DNA from: Vicinamibacteria bacterium
GTDB lineage: Bacteria; Acidobacteriota; Vicinamibacteria; Marinacidobacterales; Marinacidobacteraceae
Assembly: GCA_965199715.1 (NCBI GenBank)
Contig: OZ241322.1
Span: 832,001 to 896,000 of the forward strand
Length of the DNA: 64,000 nt
Reading direction: 5' to 3'
Under the pieces are notes generated by a model, which was not told the DNA's origin, did no database searches, and worked only from the letters and a program-made list of their open reading frames with translations. Every line of letters starts with the position of its first letter. Positions within the stretch are counted from its first letter, which is position 1. Below are positions 37,167 through 50,067 of this stretch, piece by piece. The translations under genes and the position numbers were made by a program.

Positions 37167-39626
37167 TCAGGGAGCGCGCGAAGCCGAGATCAGGTTGGCG
37201 AGCAGGCGGAACGCGCCGGGCGCCGCGGCGCCCAACTGCCGGTGGAGGGCGATCGCGAAGTAGGTGTACCGGCCCGATCCGACCGGGGCCGTGAGCGCGG
37301 CCCCGCCCTGGGGCGCCTGCCCCTCGTCGGCCAGCTCGAACAGCGCGGCGTAGGCGGGGCTCCACTCGCTCCAGAACTTGGAGCCGCGCTGCTCCACCCA
37401 GCCCTCGAAGTCCTCGGGGCCGATGCGGTTCGGCCACGTCAGCAGCGGATGGTCGGGGTCGAGGAAGGCCACCCGGCTGTTCTCCTCGGTGACCTCCTCG
37501 GCGTTCGAAGGCAGGACTCCGGGAAAGGGCGCGTGCTCCGCCGGGTCCAGCTCGGACGTGTTGTAGAGCACGACGAGGTGGCCGCCGGCGTCCGCGTAGT
37601 CGAGGAGCCGCCGGTTGGCGCGGACGAGGTCGGGGCGGAACGCGTAGGCGCGGGTTCCGGTCACGATCGCGTCGTACGCGCCGAGGTCGGCGGAATCGAG
37701 CGCCGCGCCGTCCAGAAGCTCCACGGTCGCGCCGAGCGCCTCGATTCCCGCCGGCACGTCGTCGCCGGCGCCGGTCACGAACCCGACCCGAAGCCCGTCC
37801 GGCACGACGACCGACGTCCGCGCCACCCGCAGTTGCGCAGGGGTCACCGCCCAGCGCAGCGGGAGGTCGCGGTGGGCGATGCGCCGGTGCGCGGTCGCTT
37901 CCTGAAATTTCCCGTCGGGGCCGAGCCGCGTCGCGGTCAGCCGGAAGACGCCGGCGCCGCCCCGGGGCCGCACCTCGAAGGCGGTCCGCACCCGCTCGCC
38001 GGCGCGCTCGAAGCGGACCTCGCGCTGCTGCGGCTCGAACGTCCAGCCGTCGGGGACCTCGAGCGAAATCCGGTGCTCGCCCGGCGCGTGCCCGGTCGCG
38101 AGCAGCCGGACCTCGAACGGCGCCGGCGGTCCGTCCACGCCGGAGACGGCGAAATCGGGCGTGAACGCGACCGACAGCGGCGGCAGGATTTCGAGCTCCC
38201 GGCGCTCGCGGCCGTACGGAAGGTTGGCCTCGACCCGCTCGACCGGCTCGGTCAGGACGATCTCGGCCGGGCCGGCCCGCAGCGTGACCCGCGCGGCGAA
38301 CGCGGGCGGCGGCGCGGCGCGGGTCCAGTCGCCGCTCGTGCGGTAGCGCGATTCGCCGAGGCCCGAGCGGAAGACGTGCGGCTGGAACGGCGCGGCGTCT
38401 TCGGGAAGCTGAACCCGGAAGCGGCCCTCGACGGCGGCGCCCTCGGGGACGTCCAGTTCGATTCCGGCGACCTCGAGCGGCCCCCGCACCGCGACCTCGA
38501 CCTCGAACGCCTGGCCGGGGACCACCGGCGGAATCTCGCCCGCGGTCGCCTCGACCTCCACGCCGGCGGCGCGGCGGATCGCCTCGACCAACTGCTCCTC
38601 CTTCCGCTCCAGCTCGTGGCGCACGTCGAAGAAGCCGCTCGGGGAGCGCTCGCCCAGAAGCGAACGCACGCGCAGCAGCGCCGCCCCGAGCGCGGGGACG
38701 CTGGCCTCGGGCGCGAGCCAGTCAAAGCCGGACGCGACCTCCCGGAACGCGCCGTCCAGCTCCTCGAGAACCTCCCGCAGCCGGGACGGAACGGTCGGCC
38801 CGAACCGCGCCCCGAGCGACGCCCGCTCCGGGCTGAGCAGCTCGATGAGGTCCTCGCCGCCCGCGGACCGGATCGAAGCGCTGTCCCGGACGCGGAGGAC
38901 GCCGCGGGTCTGGGAGCGCTGGAGCGCGAGGCCCATCGCGCCGTACTCGGCGAACGAGCGGGAGAGCCACGGGCGGGAGCCGGTCAGATCGATCGTCGCG
39001 CCGTCCTCGCCCTCGCGCGCCGGAAAGAAGAGCGCCGTCGGCAGGAAGCCGCGCCGCCCTTCCCGGGGCGGAAACGCGGCGAGATCGGGCGCGCCCTCGT
39101 ACGCCCGCGGCGCGACCGTGCCGGCGAACTGGTGCTGGCCGTGGCCGTCGCGGGGATCCCCGGTGAAGCGGGAAAGCACGACCATCGGGCGCTCGCGGCG
39201 GATCACTTCCACCACGTCGGCGACCGCCGCGTCCTCGTCCCAGGCCCGCAGCGCCTCGGCCAGGTTCTTCGAATACCCGTAGTCGGCGAGCGGCGTGAAC
39301 CAGATGCGGTCGAGGCCGTACCGCTCGCCCGCGACCTCCAGTTCCGCGGCGCGGATCCAGCCGAGCGCGTCGAAGAGTTCCGGGCCGATGGCGTTCGCGC
39401 CGGCCTCGCCCCGGGTGAGGCTCAGCAGCGTGACCCGCGCGCCGAGGCCCCGGCTCAGCAGCGCCAGGAGGCCGGCCGTCTCGTCGTCGGGGTGGGCGGC
39501 GATCTGCAGCGCCGAACCGGTCGTCTGGAGCTTCTGGATCCAGTGCCAGGCCTCGCCGGCGCGTCCGGTCCGGCCGGCCGCCGGGGCGGCGAGCAGCGCG
39601 AGCGCCGCGAGAACCGGAAACCTCAC
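37167..39626 (-). CDS. Secreted PIG-L/LmbE family deacetylase with NEW3-like and GATase-like C-terminal domains
   Basis: AAHPDDE, TRGEAG.N..G, DYGYSK, GHGQHQ, GAGDD and WVEQRG. Confidence 0.85.
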   Translation of the reverse strand: MRFPVLAALALLAAPAAGRTGRAGEAWHWIQKLQTTGSALQIAAHPDDETAGLLALLSRGLGARVTLLSLTRGEAGANAIGPELFDALGWIRAAELEVAGERYGLDRIWFTPLADYGYSKNLAEALRAWDEDAAVADVVEVIRRERPMVVLSRFTGDPRDGHGQHQFAGTVAPRAYEGAPDLAAFPPREGRRGFLPTALFFPAREGEDGATIDLTGSRPWLSRSFAEYGAMGLALQRSQTRGVLRVRDSASIRSAGGEDLIELLSPERASLGARFGPTVPSRLREVLEELDGAFREVASGFDWLAPEASVPALGAALLRVRSLLGERSPSGFFDVRHELERKEEQLVEAIRRAAGVEVEATAGEIPPVVPGQAFEVEVAVRGPLEVAGIELDVPEGAAVEGRFRVQLPEDAAPFQPHVFRSGLGESRYRTSGDWTRAAPPPAFAARVTLRAGPAEIVLTEPVERVEANLPYGRERRELEILPPLSVAFTPDFAVSGVDGPPAPFEVRLLATGHAPGEHRISLEVPDGWTFEPQQREVRFERAGERVRTAFEVRPRGGAGVFRLTATRLGPDGKFQEATAHRRIAHRDLPLRWAVTPAQLRVARTSVVVPDGLRVGFVTGAGDDVPAGIEALGATVELLDGAALDSADLGAYDAIVTGTRAYAFRPDLVRANRRLLDYADAGGHLVVLYNTSELDPAEHAPFPGVLPSNAEEVTEENSRVAFLDPDHPLLTWPNRIGPEDFEGWVEQRGSKFWSEWSPAYAALFELADEGQAPQGGAALTAPVGSGRYTYFAIALHRQLGAAAPGAFRLLANLISASRAP

Positions 39627-41383
39627 GACGCGGGCGTGACCGTGATTCCGAGCTCGGCGAGCTGCGCCGGGTTCACCGCCGCGGGAGAGCCGGTCATGAG
39701 GTCGGCGGCGGAGGTGGTCTTCGGGAACGCGATCACCTCGCGCAGGCTCCGGCTTCCCGAGGCCAGCATCGCGATGCGGTCGAAGCCGAGCGCGATGCCG
39801 CCGTGGGGCGGCGTCCCGTACTCGAGCGCCTCGAGGAAGAAGCCGAACCGCTCCGCCGCCTCCTCCCGGGGAATCGAGAGCGCGTCGAAGACCCGCCGCT
39901 GCACCCGGGGATCGTGGATCCGGATGCTGCCGCCGCCCAGCTCGTAGCCGTTCGCCACCACGTCGTAGGCGACCGACCGGACGGAGAGCGGATCGGACTC
40001 CAGCCGGTCGAGGTCCTCGGGACGCGGACTGGTGAACGGATGGTGCACCGAGGTCAGCCTTCCTTCGGATTCCGAGACCTCGAAGAGCGGGAAGTCGGTG
40101 ACCCACGCCATCCGGAAGGCCCCTTCGGGGATCCAGCCCTCGCTCCGGGCGAGCCGCCGCCGCAGCGCCCCGAGCACGGCGCACGCGAGGCGGGACTCGC
40201 CCCCGACCATGAGCAGCAGGTCGCCCGGTCCGCCGCCCGCCGCCTCGAGGAGCGCGGTCAGCCGGTCGGGGCCGAGCGCCTTCAGCAGCGGCGAACGGAT
40301 CGCGCCGTTCGTGAAGCCGGCGCGGAAAAGGCCCGGCGCGCCCTCGTCCCGCGCCGCCTTCTCCAGGTCGTCGAGCTTCTTTCGGGAGAAGCCGCCGCCG
40401 CCGGGGGCCGCGATTCCGTGGACGCGCCCGCCGGACTCGAGGATCGAGTCGAGGATCGGATGGCCGCCGGCGAGGTCGGTCAGGTCGTGGATCTCCGCGC
40501 CGTAGCGGAGATCGGGCCGGTCCACTCCGTAGCGGGCCATGGCCTCGGCGTGGGTGAAGCGGCGGAACGGGGCCGCGACCTCGATCCCGACCGCGCCGAG
40601 CGCCCGGACGAAGAGCCCCTCGGTCATCTCGAGGACCTGCTCCTGGTCGGCGAAGGACATCTCCACGTCCACCTGGGTGAACTCCGGCTGGCGGTCGGCG
40701 CGCAGGTCCTCGTCGCGGAAGCAGCGGACGATCTGGTAGTAGCGATCCAGCCCCCCGACCATGAGCAACTGCTTGAAGAGCTGCGGCGACTGGGGGAGCG
40801 CGTAGAGCTCGCCCCGGCGCACCCTCGACGGAACGAGGTAGTCGCGGGCGCCCTCGGGAGTGGACCGGGTCAGGAACGGAGTCTCGACCTCGACGAACTC
40901 GTGGTCGTCGAGATGGCCCCGGATCTCGCGGGCGAGCCGGGCGCGGATGCGCAGGTTGCGCTGGAGCCGCGGATGGCGGATGTCGAGGTAGCGGTACTTG
41001 AGCCGCAGGTCCTCGCTCGCGCCGCCGGTCGCGAGCGGCGGGAACGGCGGCGTCCGCGACTCGCTCAGCACGTGGATCGCCCCGGCCTCCACCTCGATCC
41101 CGCCGGTGGCGATGCCCGGGTTGCGGTTCGCGGGGGCGCGGAGGATGACCGCGCCCTCGACCGCGAGCACCCACCACGAGCCGGCGCGGGCCGCCTCGGC
41201 GGCGGCCGGCGAGTCGGGGCGCACGACGACCTGGGTATGGCCCCGGTGGTCGCGCAGGTCGAGGAAGAGCAGCCCGCCGAGGTCGCGCACCCGCTCGACC
41301 CAGCCCATGAGCGCGACCTCGGCGCCGGCGTGCTCCTCGCGCAGCTCGGCGCAGTGGTGGGTGCGCCTCGTCGGAACGCTCAC
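39623..41383 (-). CDS. aspS: Aspartate--tRNA ligase
   Basis: RTH.C, FLDLRD, STPEGARDYL, ALPQSPQLFKQ, FRDEDLRADRQPEFTQ and PPHGG.A.G.DR. Confidence 0.97.
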   Translation of the reverse strand: MSVPTRRTHHCAELREEHAGAEVALMGWVERVRDLGGLLFLDLRDHRGHTQVVVRPDSPAAAEAARAGSWWVLAVEGAVILRAPANRNPGIATGGIEVEAGAIHVLSESRTPPFPPLATGGASEDLRLKYRYLDIRHPRLQRNLRIRARLAREIRGHLDDHEFVEVETPFLTRSTPEGARDYLVPSRVRRGELYALPQSPQLFKQLLMVGGLDRYYQIVRCFRDEDLRADRQPEFTQVDVEMSFADQEQVLEMTEGLFVRALGAVGIEVAAPFRRFTHAEAMARYGVDRPDLRYGAEIHDLTDLAGGHPILDSILESGGRVHGIAAPGGGGFSRKKLDDLEKAARDEGAPGLFRAGFTNGAIRSPLLKALGPDRLTALLEAAGGGPGDLLLMVGGESRLACAVLGALRRRLARSEGWIPEGAFRMAWVTDFPLFEVSESEGRLTSVHHPFTSPRPEDLDRLESDPLSVRSVAYDVVANGYELGGGSIRIHDPRVQRRVFDALSIPREEAAERFGFFLEALEYGTPPHGGIALGFDRIAMLASGSRSLREVIAFPKTTSAADLMTGSPAAVNPAQLAELGITVTPAS

Positions 41384-41886
41384 GGCAGGTACCGGTTCTT
41401 GAGCGCGACGTAGTTCGCCGCCGAGCGCGCGAGATGGTCGATCTCCCGGTCGGTGAGCGGTCGCGCCACCCGTCCGGGAACGCCCCGGACCAGAACTCTC
41501 GGCGGCACCTGGAGGCCCGGCGGCACGACCGCCCCGGCGGCGACCATGGATTCCTCGCCGAGCGCCGCCCGGTCGAGCACGATCGACCCCATGCCGACGA
41601 GGCACCGCCGCCCCACCCGGCAGGCGTGCACGATCGCCCGGTGGCCGACCGTCGCCTCGTCGCCGATGTCGGTCCACTCGTCGCCCGAGTTCACGTGCAC
41701 GACCGTGTTGTCCTGGAGGTTCGAGCGGGCGCCCACCCGGATGCGGTTGCTGTCGCCCCGGAGCACCGTTCCGAACCAGACCGAGGCGTCCTCGCCGAGG
41801 GTCACGTCGCCGATGACCGAGGCGCCGGGCGCGACGAAGGCCGAGGCCGGGATGACGGGCGCTGCGTCCCCGAGCGGAAGGATCAT
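41380..41886 (-). CDS. Gamma carbonic anhydrase family protein
   Basis: Hexapeptide repeats; VLRGD, NLQDN.VVH and VGH..IVH. Confidence 0.9.
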   Translation of the reverse strand: MILPLGDAAPVIPASAFVAPGASVIGDVTLGEDASVWFGTVLRGDSNRIRVGARSNLQDNTVVHVNSGDEWTDIGDEATVGHRAIVHACRVGRRCLVGMGSIVLDRAALGEESMVAAGAVVPPGLQVPPRVLVRGVPGRVARPLTDREIDHLARSAANYVALKNRYLP

Positions 41887-41965
41887 CCCGGAATTCGCGG
41901 CGAGCCTAGCACGGCGCCGAGGGGGGCGCGGCGCTGGCTACAATCCGAAAATTCCGGTGCGCAGG

Positions 41966-42889
41966 GTGCGATTCGATCGAGAGAAGCTGCGCGACGCGCT
42001 GCGCGAGGTGCTCCGCCCGCCCGCCCCCGAGGTCAGCCCCATCACCGGGCGTTCGCGGGACCATCTCGACCTCGGGAGACACTCGCGGCGCGACGGCGTG
42101 CTCGGCGCGGTCACGGCCCACGGAGCGATCCTCGGAGTCATCCTGCTGGGCCTCCTGTCCGCGCCGGCGCTCGTCGAGGACAGCCCGTTCGACCTCCCCG
42201 GCCTCGTCTTCGTGGCTGCCGAGGGACCGGGCGGCGGAGGAGGAGGCGGAGGCGACGAGTCGGAGGAGCCGCCGGCGCCGCTCCAGGTCTCCGGGCAGGA
42301 TCTGGCGCAACTGGCGATCGCGGCGCTCCCGAACGCCGACGACCTCGTCTTCGACGACCCCGACGTCCCGAACGAGGAGCCCGAGGAGGAGATCGACGAC
42401 GCGGTGATCGCGCCCTTCGTCTCGGCGATGCCCGACCCCGAGGATCTCGCCGGACTCATCCGGGACACGAACGACGCGCTCTTCAACCGCCGGGCCGGGA
42501 GCGGCAGCGGGGGCGGGAGCGGGTCCGGCGAGGGCGGCGGGATCGGCGAGGGATCGGGCGCGGGCGTCGGCGAGGGCTTCGGGGGCGGATTCGGCGGCGG
42601 CGCCTACCGGATCGGCAGCGGCGTGGAGCCGCCCGAGCTGCGACGGCAGGTCACCCCGGAGTACACCGACGACGCGCTGGCGCGCAAGATCGAGGGGACC
42701 GTGATCCTCGAGGTGGTCATTCTCAAGAGCGGTCGGATCGGCCCCGCGAGGGTCCTGAAGAGCCTCGATGCGGGGCTCGACGAGAAGGCCATCGCCGCCG
42801 TGCGGATGTGGACCTTCCTCCCCGGCCGGTTCCGCGGCGACGCGGTGGACGTGATCGCCGAGATCGAGGTGGAGTTCCGGCTGCTCTGA
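41966..42889 (+). CDS. tonB: Energy transducer TonB family protein
   Basis: TM helix with His, Gly-rich linker, PEYT..A...KIEG.V.L, LD..AI.AV..W.F.P C-terminal domain; start uncertain. Confidence 0.85.
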   Translation: MRFDREKLRDALREVLRPPAPEVSPITGRSRDHLDLGRHSRRDGVLGAVTAHGAILGVILLGLLSAPALVEDSPFDLPGLVFVAAEGPGGGGGGGGDESEEPPAPLQVSGQDLAQLAIAALPNADDLVFDDPDVPNEEPEEEIDDAVIAPFVSAMPDPEDLAGLIRDTNDALFNRRAGSGSGGGSGSGEGGGIGEGSGAGVGEGFGGGFGGGAYRIGSGVEPPELRRQVTPEYTDDALARKIEGTVILEVVILKSGRIGPARVLKSLDAGLDEKAIAAVRMWTFLPGRFRGDAVDVIAEIEVEFRLL

Positions 42890-42892
42890 GCC

Positions 42893-43399
42893 CTACTCGT
42901 TCTGGAAGATTCCCGAGTAGAGCCGGTCGGCGGGACGGTCCAGCGCGAAGAACAGAAGCTGGACGACGCGGGCGTCCTCGGCGAGCTCCAGCCCATCGGG
43001 GTGGTGGACGGTGAGCAGCGACCCGCTGCGCCCCGAGTAGCCCGAGTCCCAGACCGCGGTCCCGATCGAGGCGCCGGCGCGCAGCAGCGACGAGCGCGGC
43101 CGGCCGATGGCGAAGACGTCGGCCGGGATGCGCACGACCTCGCGGTAGCGGATCCAGTACGCGCCCGGCCCGAGGCGGAACGCGCCGTCCGACGGTTCGA
43201 GCGGGGTCGTCCCCGGCAGCCGCCGGGAGCGGTTGTCGAAGTCCGCCCGGCCCGGACCGGCCCCGAACGTTCCCACCTCGGCGAGCGTCAGGTCCACGCC
43301 GTTCATCTGGATCTGGATCCCGGCGTCGCGGAGCCCCTCGATCAGCGGGGGGTCCGCCTCGAGGCGCTCGCGCAGCGCGGCGCCGGCCAGAAGTTCCAA
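42893..43399 (-). CDS. dut: Trimeric dUTPase (dCTP deaminase-like/archaeal-type)
   Basis: Q.NGVDLT, PRSSLLR.G, WDSGYSG, QL.F and YSG.FQ. Confidence 0.75.
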   Translation of the reverse strand: MELLAGAALRERLEADPPLIEGLRDAGIQIQMNGVDLTLAEVGTFGAGPGRADFDNRSRRLPGTTPLEPSDGAFRLGPGAYWIRYREVVRIPADVFAIGRPRSSLLRAGASIGTAVWDSGYSGRSGSLLTVHHPDGLELAEDARVVQLLFFALDRPADRLYSGIFQNE

Positions 43400-43400
43400 C

Positions 43401-43970
43401 TCAGTCGCCGGGAAGGATCGTGGGCAGGGTGATGCGCTCCTGCCCCTGGTACTTGCCCTTCTTGTCCCGGTAGCTCGTCTCGCACTCCTCGTCGCTCTCG
43501 AAGAAGAGCACCTGGGCGATCCCCTCGCCGGCGTAGATCCGGCACGGCAGCGGCGTGGTGTTCGAGATCTCGAGCGTGGCGTTGCCCTCCCACTCGGCGT
43601 CGAACCCGGTCACGTTGATGATGATCCCGCAGCGGGCGTAGGTGCTCTTGCCGATGCACACGCCGTACACGTTGCGGGGCATCCGGAAATTCTCGATGGT
43701 GTTCGACAGCGCGAACGAGTTGGGCGGGATCACGCAGACGTCGCCCTTGTAGTCCACGAAGCTGCGCTCGTCGAAGTGCTTCGGATCGACCACCGCAGTG
43801 AAGACGTTCGTGAAGATCTTGAACTCGTCCGAGACCCGGATGTCGTACCCGAAGGACGAGAGGCCGTAGGAGATCACCCCGCGCCCGACCTGGGAGTCCA
43901 CGAAGGGGTGGATCAGCCGGCGCTCGCGGGACATCCGCCGGATCCAGGCGTCCGGCTTGATTCCCGGCAT
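43401..43970 (-). CDS. dcd: dCTP deaminase
   Basis: [26 protein letters not shown] and KYQGQ. Confidence 0.93.
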   Translation of the reverse strand: MPGIKPDAWIRRMSRERRLIHPFVDSQVGRGVISYGLSSFGYDIRVSDEFKIFTNVFTAVVDPKHFDERSFVDYKGDVCVIPPNSFALSNTIENFRMPRNVYGVCIGKSTYARCGIIINVTGFDAEWEGNATLEISNTTPLPCRIYAGEGIAQVLFFESDEECETSYRDKKGKYQGQERITLPTILPGD

Positions 43971-43983
43971 CGGGGACCCCGGC

Positions 43984-44397
43984 TCAGCCGATCAGGCGGA
44001 CGGCCGGGAAGAAGTACGCGATCTCGGTCGCGGCCGACTCCTCGGAGTCGGAGCCGTGGATCGCGTTCTTCTCGATGCTCGTGGCGAAGCGGGCGCGGAT
44101 CGTCTCGGGCGCGGCGTTCGCGGGGTCGGTGGGGCCCATGATCTCGCGCAGCCGGCTCACCGCGTTCTCGCGCTCGAGGACGGCGACCACGCACGGGCCC
44201 GACGACATGAACGCGACGAGGCTGCCGAAGAACGGGCGCTCGCGATGCACGGCGTAGAAGCCCTCGGCCTCGCGCCGGGTCAGATGCGTCATCCGCAGCG
44301 CGACGATCCGGAACCCGTCGGCCTCGACCGCGGCGAGCACCGCGCCGGCGTTTCCGGCCCCGACCGCGTCCGGCTTGACGATCGTGAAGGTGCGCAT
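43984..44397 (-). CDS. ndk: Nucleoside-diphosphate kinase
   Basis: T..IVKPD, FY..H..RPFF and NAIHGSDS. Confidence 0.97.
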   Translation of the reverse strand: MRTFTIVKPDAVGAGNAGAVLAAVEADGFRIVALRMTHLTRREAEGFYAVHRERPFFGSLVAFMSSGPCVVAVLERENAVSRLREIMGPTDPANAAPETIRARFATSIEKNAIHGSDSEESAATEIAYFFPAVRLIG

Positions 44398-44402
44398 GAT
44401 CG

Positions 44403-45275
44403 TCAGCCCTTCAGCACCGCGTGCATGGCGGTCCCGAGATCGGCGGGGCTCTCGACCACGGTCGCGCCCGCCGAGCGGAGCGCCTCCATCTTGTCGGCCG
44501 CCGTGCCCTTGCCGCCCATGACGATCGCGCCGGCGTGCCCCATGCGGCGCCCCGGAGGCGCGGTCTGCCCGGCGATGAAGCTCACGACCGGCTTGGGGAA
44601 CTCGCGGCGGATGAAGTCCGCGGCCGCCTCCTCGGCGCCGCCGCCGATCTCGCCGATGAGGATCGCCGCCTCGGTCTCGTCGTCGGCCGCGAACAGTTCG
44701 AGCGCGTCGAGGAAGGTCGTGCCGATCACCGGATCGCCGCCGATGCCGACGCAGGTGCTCTGGCCGATCCCGAGCGCGGTCAACTGGTGCACCGCCTCGT
44801 AGGTGAGGGTTCCGCTGCGGGAGACCACGCCCACCGCGCCCTGGCGGTGGATGAAGCCGGGCATGATCCCGACCTTGGCGCGGCCCGGCGAGATCACCCC
44901 CGGGCAGTTCGGGCCCAGCACGCGGGTCCGGCCGTCGCGCAGCCCCCGCATCAGCTTCACCATGTCGCGGGCCGGCACGCCCTCGGTGATCGTGACCACG
45001 AGATCCAGTCCGGCGTCCGCCGCCTCGGCGAGCGCGTCCGCGGCGAAGGCCGGGGGCACGAACGCGAGCGACGTGTTGGCGCCGGTCGCCGCGACCGCCG
45101 CGGCCACCGTGTCGAAGATGGGAACCCCCAGCGCCTCCTGCCCTCCCTTGCCGGGGACCACGCCCGCGACGAGGTTGGTGCCGTAGTCGCGGCAGGCCTC
45201 GGCGTGGAAGCCGCCCTCCCGACCGGTGATCCCCTGGACCAGAAGCCTGGTCTCGTTGCCGACGAGAATGCTCAC
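44403..45275 (-). CDS. sucD: Succinyl-CoA ligase alpha subunit
   Basis: [20 protein letters not shown] and RMGHAGA. Confidence 0.97.
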   Translation of the reverse strand: MSILVGNETRLLVQGITGREGGFHAEACRDYGTNLVAGVVPGKGGQEALGVPIFDTVAAAVAATGANTSLAFVPPAFAADALAEAADAGLDLVVTITEGVPARDMVKLMRGLRDGRTRVLGPNCPGVISPGRAKVGIMPGFIHRQGAVGVVSRSGTLTYEAVHQLTALGIGQSTCVGIGGDPVIGTTFLDALELFAADDETEAAILIGEIGGGAEEAAADFIRREFPKPVVSFIAGQTAPPGRRMGHAGAIVMGGKGTAADKMEALRSAGATVVESPADLGTAMHAVLKG

Positions 45276-46435
45276 GAGGCCTCCGTCGCGGCCACGACCT
45301 TCTCCGCCGCGTCCTGCATCCCGTCGGCGGCCGTGAACGGGAGTCCCGACTCGGCCAGCATGTTCCGGGCGATCTCGACGTTCGTGCCTTCCATCCGGAC
45401 CACGACGGGCAGCGTGACGCCGAGGTTCGTCACCGCGGCGATGAGCCCCGAAGCCAGCCGGTCGCAGCGGAGGATGCCGCCGAAGATGTTGATGAGCACG
45501 ACCCGCACGTCCTCGTCCGAGGTCAGGATGCGGAAGGCGTTCTCGATCTGCTCGGCGCTGGCGCCGCCGCCCACGTCGAGGAAGTTGGCGGGAGCGGCCC
45601 CGGCGAGCTGGACGATGTCCATCGTGGCCATCGCGAGCCCGGCCCCGTTCACCATGCAGCCGACCGAACCGTCGAGCTTGATGTAGTTGAGCTGGAAGCG
45701 GCTCGCCTCCACTTCCAGCGGGGACTCCTCGTGGACGTCGCGCAGCGCCGCCACGCGCTTCTGCCGATAGAGCGCGCTGTCGTCCACCGAGACCTTCGCG
45801 TCCAGCGCGAGCACCCGGCCGTCCCCGGCGACGAGCATCGGATTGATCTCGACCTGGCTGGCGTCGAGGCCGTCGTAGGCCCGGTACAGCGCCGTGAGGA
45901 AGGCCGTCGCCGGACGCAGCAGCGCCCCGTCGAGGCCCAGCCCGAACGCGAGCGCACGCGCCTGGAACGGCTGGAGTCCGGCCGCCGGATCGACGGTCAC
46001 GGTGAGGATCTTCTCGGGGGTCTCGGCGGCCACCTCCTCGATGTCCATGCCGCCCGCGGCGCTCGCGATGCAGATCGGGCGGCCGCTGGCGCGATCGAGC
46101 ACGAAGCTGACGTAGAGCTCGCGGGCGACGTCGAGGCCCTCCTCGACGAGGAGCCGGCGCACCAGCCGTCCCTCGGGGCCGGTCTGGCGGGTGACGAGGG
46201 TGGAGCCGAGGAGCGCGGTCGCGATCTCGCGGACTTCGTCCGCCGCGCGGGCCAGCTTGACCCCGCCCGCCTTGCCGCGTCCGCCGGCGTGGATCTGCGC
46301 CTTGACCACGACCGGGAGCCCGAGCTCGTCCGCGGCGGCGACCGCTTCGTCGGCGGTCCCGGCCACGCGGCCCCGGGGCGTGGGGACGCCGTAGTCGGCG
46401 AGGAGCGCCTTGGCCTGGAACTCGTGGAGGTTCAC
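45272..46435 (-). CDS. sucC: Succinyl-CoA ligase beta subunit
   Basis: [17 protein letters not shown] and [11 protein letters not shown]. Confidence 0.97.
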   Translation of the reverse strand: MNLHEFQAKALLADYGVPTPRGRVAGTADEAVAAADELGLPVVVKAQIHAGGRGKAGGVKLARAADEVREIATALLGSTLVTRQTGPEGRLVRRLLVEEGLDVARELYVSFVLDRASGRPICIASAAGGMDIEEVAAETPEKILTVTVDPAAGLQPFQARALAFGLGLDGALLRPATAFLTALYRAYDGLDASQVEINPMLVAGDGRVLALDAKVSVDDSALYRQKRVAALRDVHEESPLEVEASRFQLNYIKLDGSVGCMVNGAGLAMATMDIVQLAGAAPANFLDVGGGASAEQIENAFRILTSDEDVRVVLINIFGGILRCDRLASGLIAAVTNLGVTLPVVVRMEGTNVEIARNMLAESGLPFTAADGMQDAAEKVVAATEAS

Positions 46436-46436
46436 G

Positions 46437-47363
46437 TCAGACGCCGATCTTTTCGACGAGTTCGCGCACCGACGCGGCGGACCGGTCCAGCGCGGCCTGC
46501 TCGGCGGGGTCGAGCGCGATCTGGACCACGCTCTCCATGCCCTTGCGGCCGAGCTTGATGGGAACCCCCATGCACAGGCCGTCCACGCCGTACTCGCCGT
46601 CGAGGAAGACCGTGCAGGGCAGAATCTTCATCCGGTCGCCGAGGATCGCGTCCACCATCTCGGCGATCGCGGCGGAGGGCGCGTAGTACGCGGAGCCGGT
46701 CTTCAGGTACGCGACGATCTCGCCGCCGCCCTTGCGGGTGCGCTGGACGATGCGCTCGATGGCGTCGGCGTCGAGGAGGTCCGGGAGCGGGATGCCGGCG
46801 ACCGTCGTGTAGCGCGGCAGCGGGACCATGTCGTCGCCGTGCCCGCCCAGCACGAAGGCGTGGACGTTCGTCGTGGAGACGTTCAGCTCGGCGGCGATGA
46901 ACGAGCGCATCCGCGCCGAGTCGAGGACCCCGGCCATGCCGATGACCCGCTCCCGGGGCAGCCCGCTCGCGCGGTACGCGGTCTGGACCATCGCGTCCAG
47001 CGGGTTCGAGACCACGATCAGGATGGCGTCCGGCGAGACCGCCATCGCGCTCTCGGTGCATGCCTTCACGATCGCGTGGTTCTTGCGCAGCAGGTCGTCG
47101 CGGCTCATCCCCGCCTTGCGGGCCAGCCCGGCGGTGATGACGACGACGTCCGACCCGGCGGTGTCCGCGTAGTCGTTCGTGCCGCGCACGAAGGAGTCGC
47201 TGCCGCCGACCGGGGCGGCCTCCAGCATGTCGAGGCCCTTCCCCTGCGGGACGCCGTCGAGGATGTCGATGAGCGCGACGTCCGCCTGTCCGGCGTCGGT
47301 GAGGCGCTGGGCCGCGGTCGCGCCAACGTTTCCGGCGCCGACGATCGTCACCTTGGGGCGCAT
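46437..47363 (-). CDS. mdh: Malate dehydrogenase (LDH-like)
   Basis: [25 protein letters not shown] and GGHGD. Confidence 0.96.
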   Translation of the reverse strand: MRPKVTIVGAGNVGATAAQRLTDAGQADVALIDILDGVPQGKGLDMLEAAPVGGSDSFVRGTNDYADTAGSDVVVITAGLARKAGMSRDDLLRKNHAIVKACTESAMAVSPDAILIVVSNPLDAMVQTAYRASGLPRERVIGMAGVLDSARMRSFIAAELNVSTTNVHAFVLGGHGDDMVPLPRYTTVAGIPLPDLLDADAIERIVQRTRKGGGEIVAYLKTGSAYYAPSAAIAEMVDAILGDRMKILPCTVFLDGEYGVDGLCMGVPIKLGRKGMESVVQIALDPAEQAALDRSAASVRELVEKIGV

Positions 47364-47375
47364 GATCGTTCCTCC

Positions 47376-48776
<1,401 letters not shown>

Positions 48777-48882
48777 GTGCTCCTCTTCGGGATAGCCGGA
48801 GGGCCAACTCCACCGGCGGCGATGCGTCCCGCGGCGCCCTGCTTCACCCGGGGGGACGATCCGGCGGGGCGCGGATTCTACA

Positions 48883-50067
48883 TCAGCGGCGGGCGAAGAA
48901 CCGCTGGACCCGCTCGACCCCGGTCGCGATCTCGGCTTCCGAGGTCGCGAAGCTCATGCGGAGGTGCGTGTCGCGCCCGAAGGCCGCGCCCGGGACGGTC
49001 GCGACCAGCTCGTGGAGCAGCGCCGTCGCGAGATCCGGCGAGGTCTCGCCCGGCGTCATCCGCTCGCCGAAGTCCGGGAACAGGTAGAAGCCGCCGTCCG
49101 GGACCGCGCAGCGGACTCCGGGGATCGCGAGGAGCCCGTCGCGCATGAGCCCCATGCGCTTGTGGAAGGTCTCGGTCATCCACGCGAAGCTCGCCGGGTC
49201 CGCCTGGACCGCCGCGAGCGCCGCCCGCTGCGAGATCGAGCAGGCGTTCGAGGTCATCTGGCTCTGAAGCGAGGCGGCGGCCTTGATCACCGGTTCCGGC
49301 CCGAGCGCCCACCCGAGCCGCCAGCCGGTCATGGCGTAGGACTTGGAAGCCGAGCCGGCGATGAGGAACCGGTGGCCGAGGATGTCCGCCACCGCCCGCC
49401 AGGCGCCTTCGGGGATGGGTTCGAACACGAGCCGCGCGTAGGTGTCGTCCCACATCAGGTACGCGTCGGCCTCGGCGGCGAGGCGCGCCACGTCCACGAG
49501 TTCGGCGGGGGACGGCATGACTCCCGACGGGTTGCCGGGAACGTTCAGGATGATGAGCCGGGTGCGTTCGTTCACGTGCGGCTCGATGACGGCGCGGGTG
49601 GGGCGGAAGGCGTCTTCCGGGGACGCCTCGGCGAGCACCGGGGTCGCGTCGGCGATCCGGACCTGCTCGGGGAAGGTCGGCCAGTACGGAATCGGGATCA
49701 CGACCTCGTCGCCGGCCTCGCAGGTGGCGAGCAGCAGGCCGGTCAGCGCGTGCTTGCCGCCGTCGGTGAGCAGGACGTGCGAACCGGCGAAGTCGAAGCC
49801 GTAGTCGAGCCGGTATCGCTCGGCCACCGCGGCCCGCGCCTCGGGGGCGCCGGGGTTGGGGGTGTAGCGGGTGTATCCGGAGCGGATCGCCTCCACGCCG
49901 GCGTCGCGCGCCACGTCGGGAGTGGGGAAGTCCGGCTGGCCCGCGGAAAAGTCCACGACGTCCTTGCCGGCGGCCCTGAGGCGCATGGCCTCCGCCATGA
50001 CCGCCATCGTCGGCGAGGGAGAAATCCGGGAAATCCGGGACGCGAGATGGGGGGCGGCTTCAACCAC
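48883..50067 (-). CDS. PLP-dependent class I aminotransferase (aspartate aminotransferase-like)
   Basis: [12 protein letters not shown] and [12 protein letters not shown]. Confidence 0.92.
   Translation of the reverse strand: MVEAAPHLASRISRISPSPTMAVMAEAMRLRAAGKDVVDFSAGQPDFPTPDVARDAGVEAIRSGYTRYTPNPGAPEARAAVAERYRLDYGFDFAGSHVLLTDGGKHALTGLLLATCEAGDEVVIPIPYWPTFPEQVRIADATPVLAEASPEDAFRPTRAVIEPHVNERTRLIILNVPGNPSGVMPSPAELVDVARLAAEADAYLMWDDTYARLVFEPIPEGAWRAVADILGHRFLIAGSASKSYAMTGWRLGWALGPEPVIKAAASLQSQMTSNACSISQRAALAAVQADPASFAWMTETFHKRMGLMRDGLLAIPGVRCAVPDGGFYLFPDFGERMTPGETSPDLATALLHELVATVPGAAFGRDTHLRMSFATSEAEIATGVERVQRFFARR

Noticed and set aside
42220-42610. GGC/GGA-rich low-complexity repeats
   Set aside because: Encode the Gly-rich linker of TonB; not an independent repeat element
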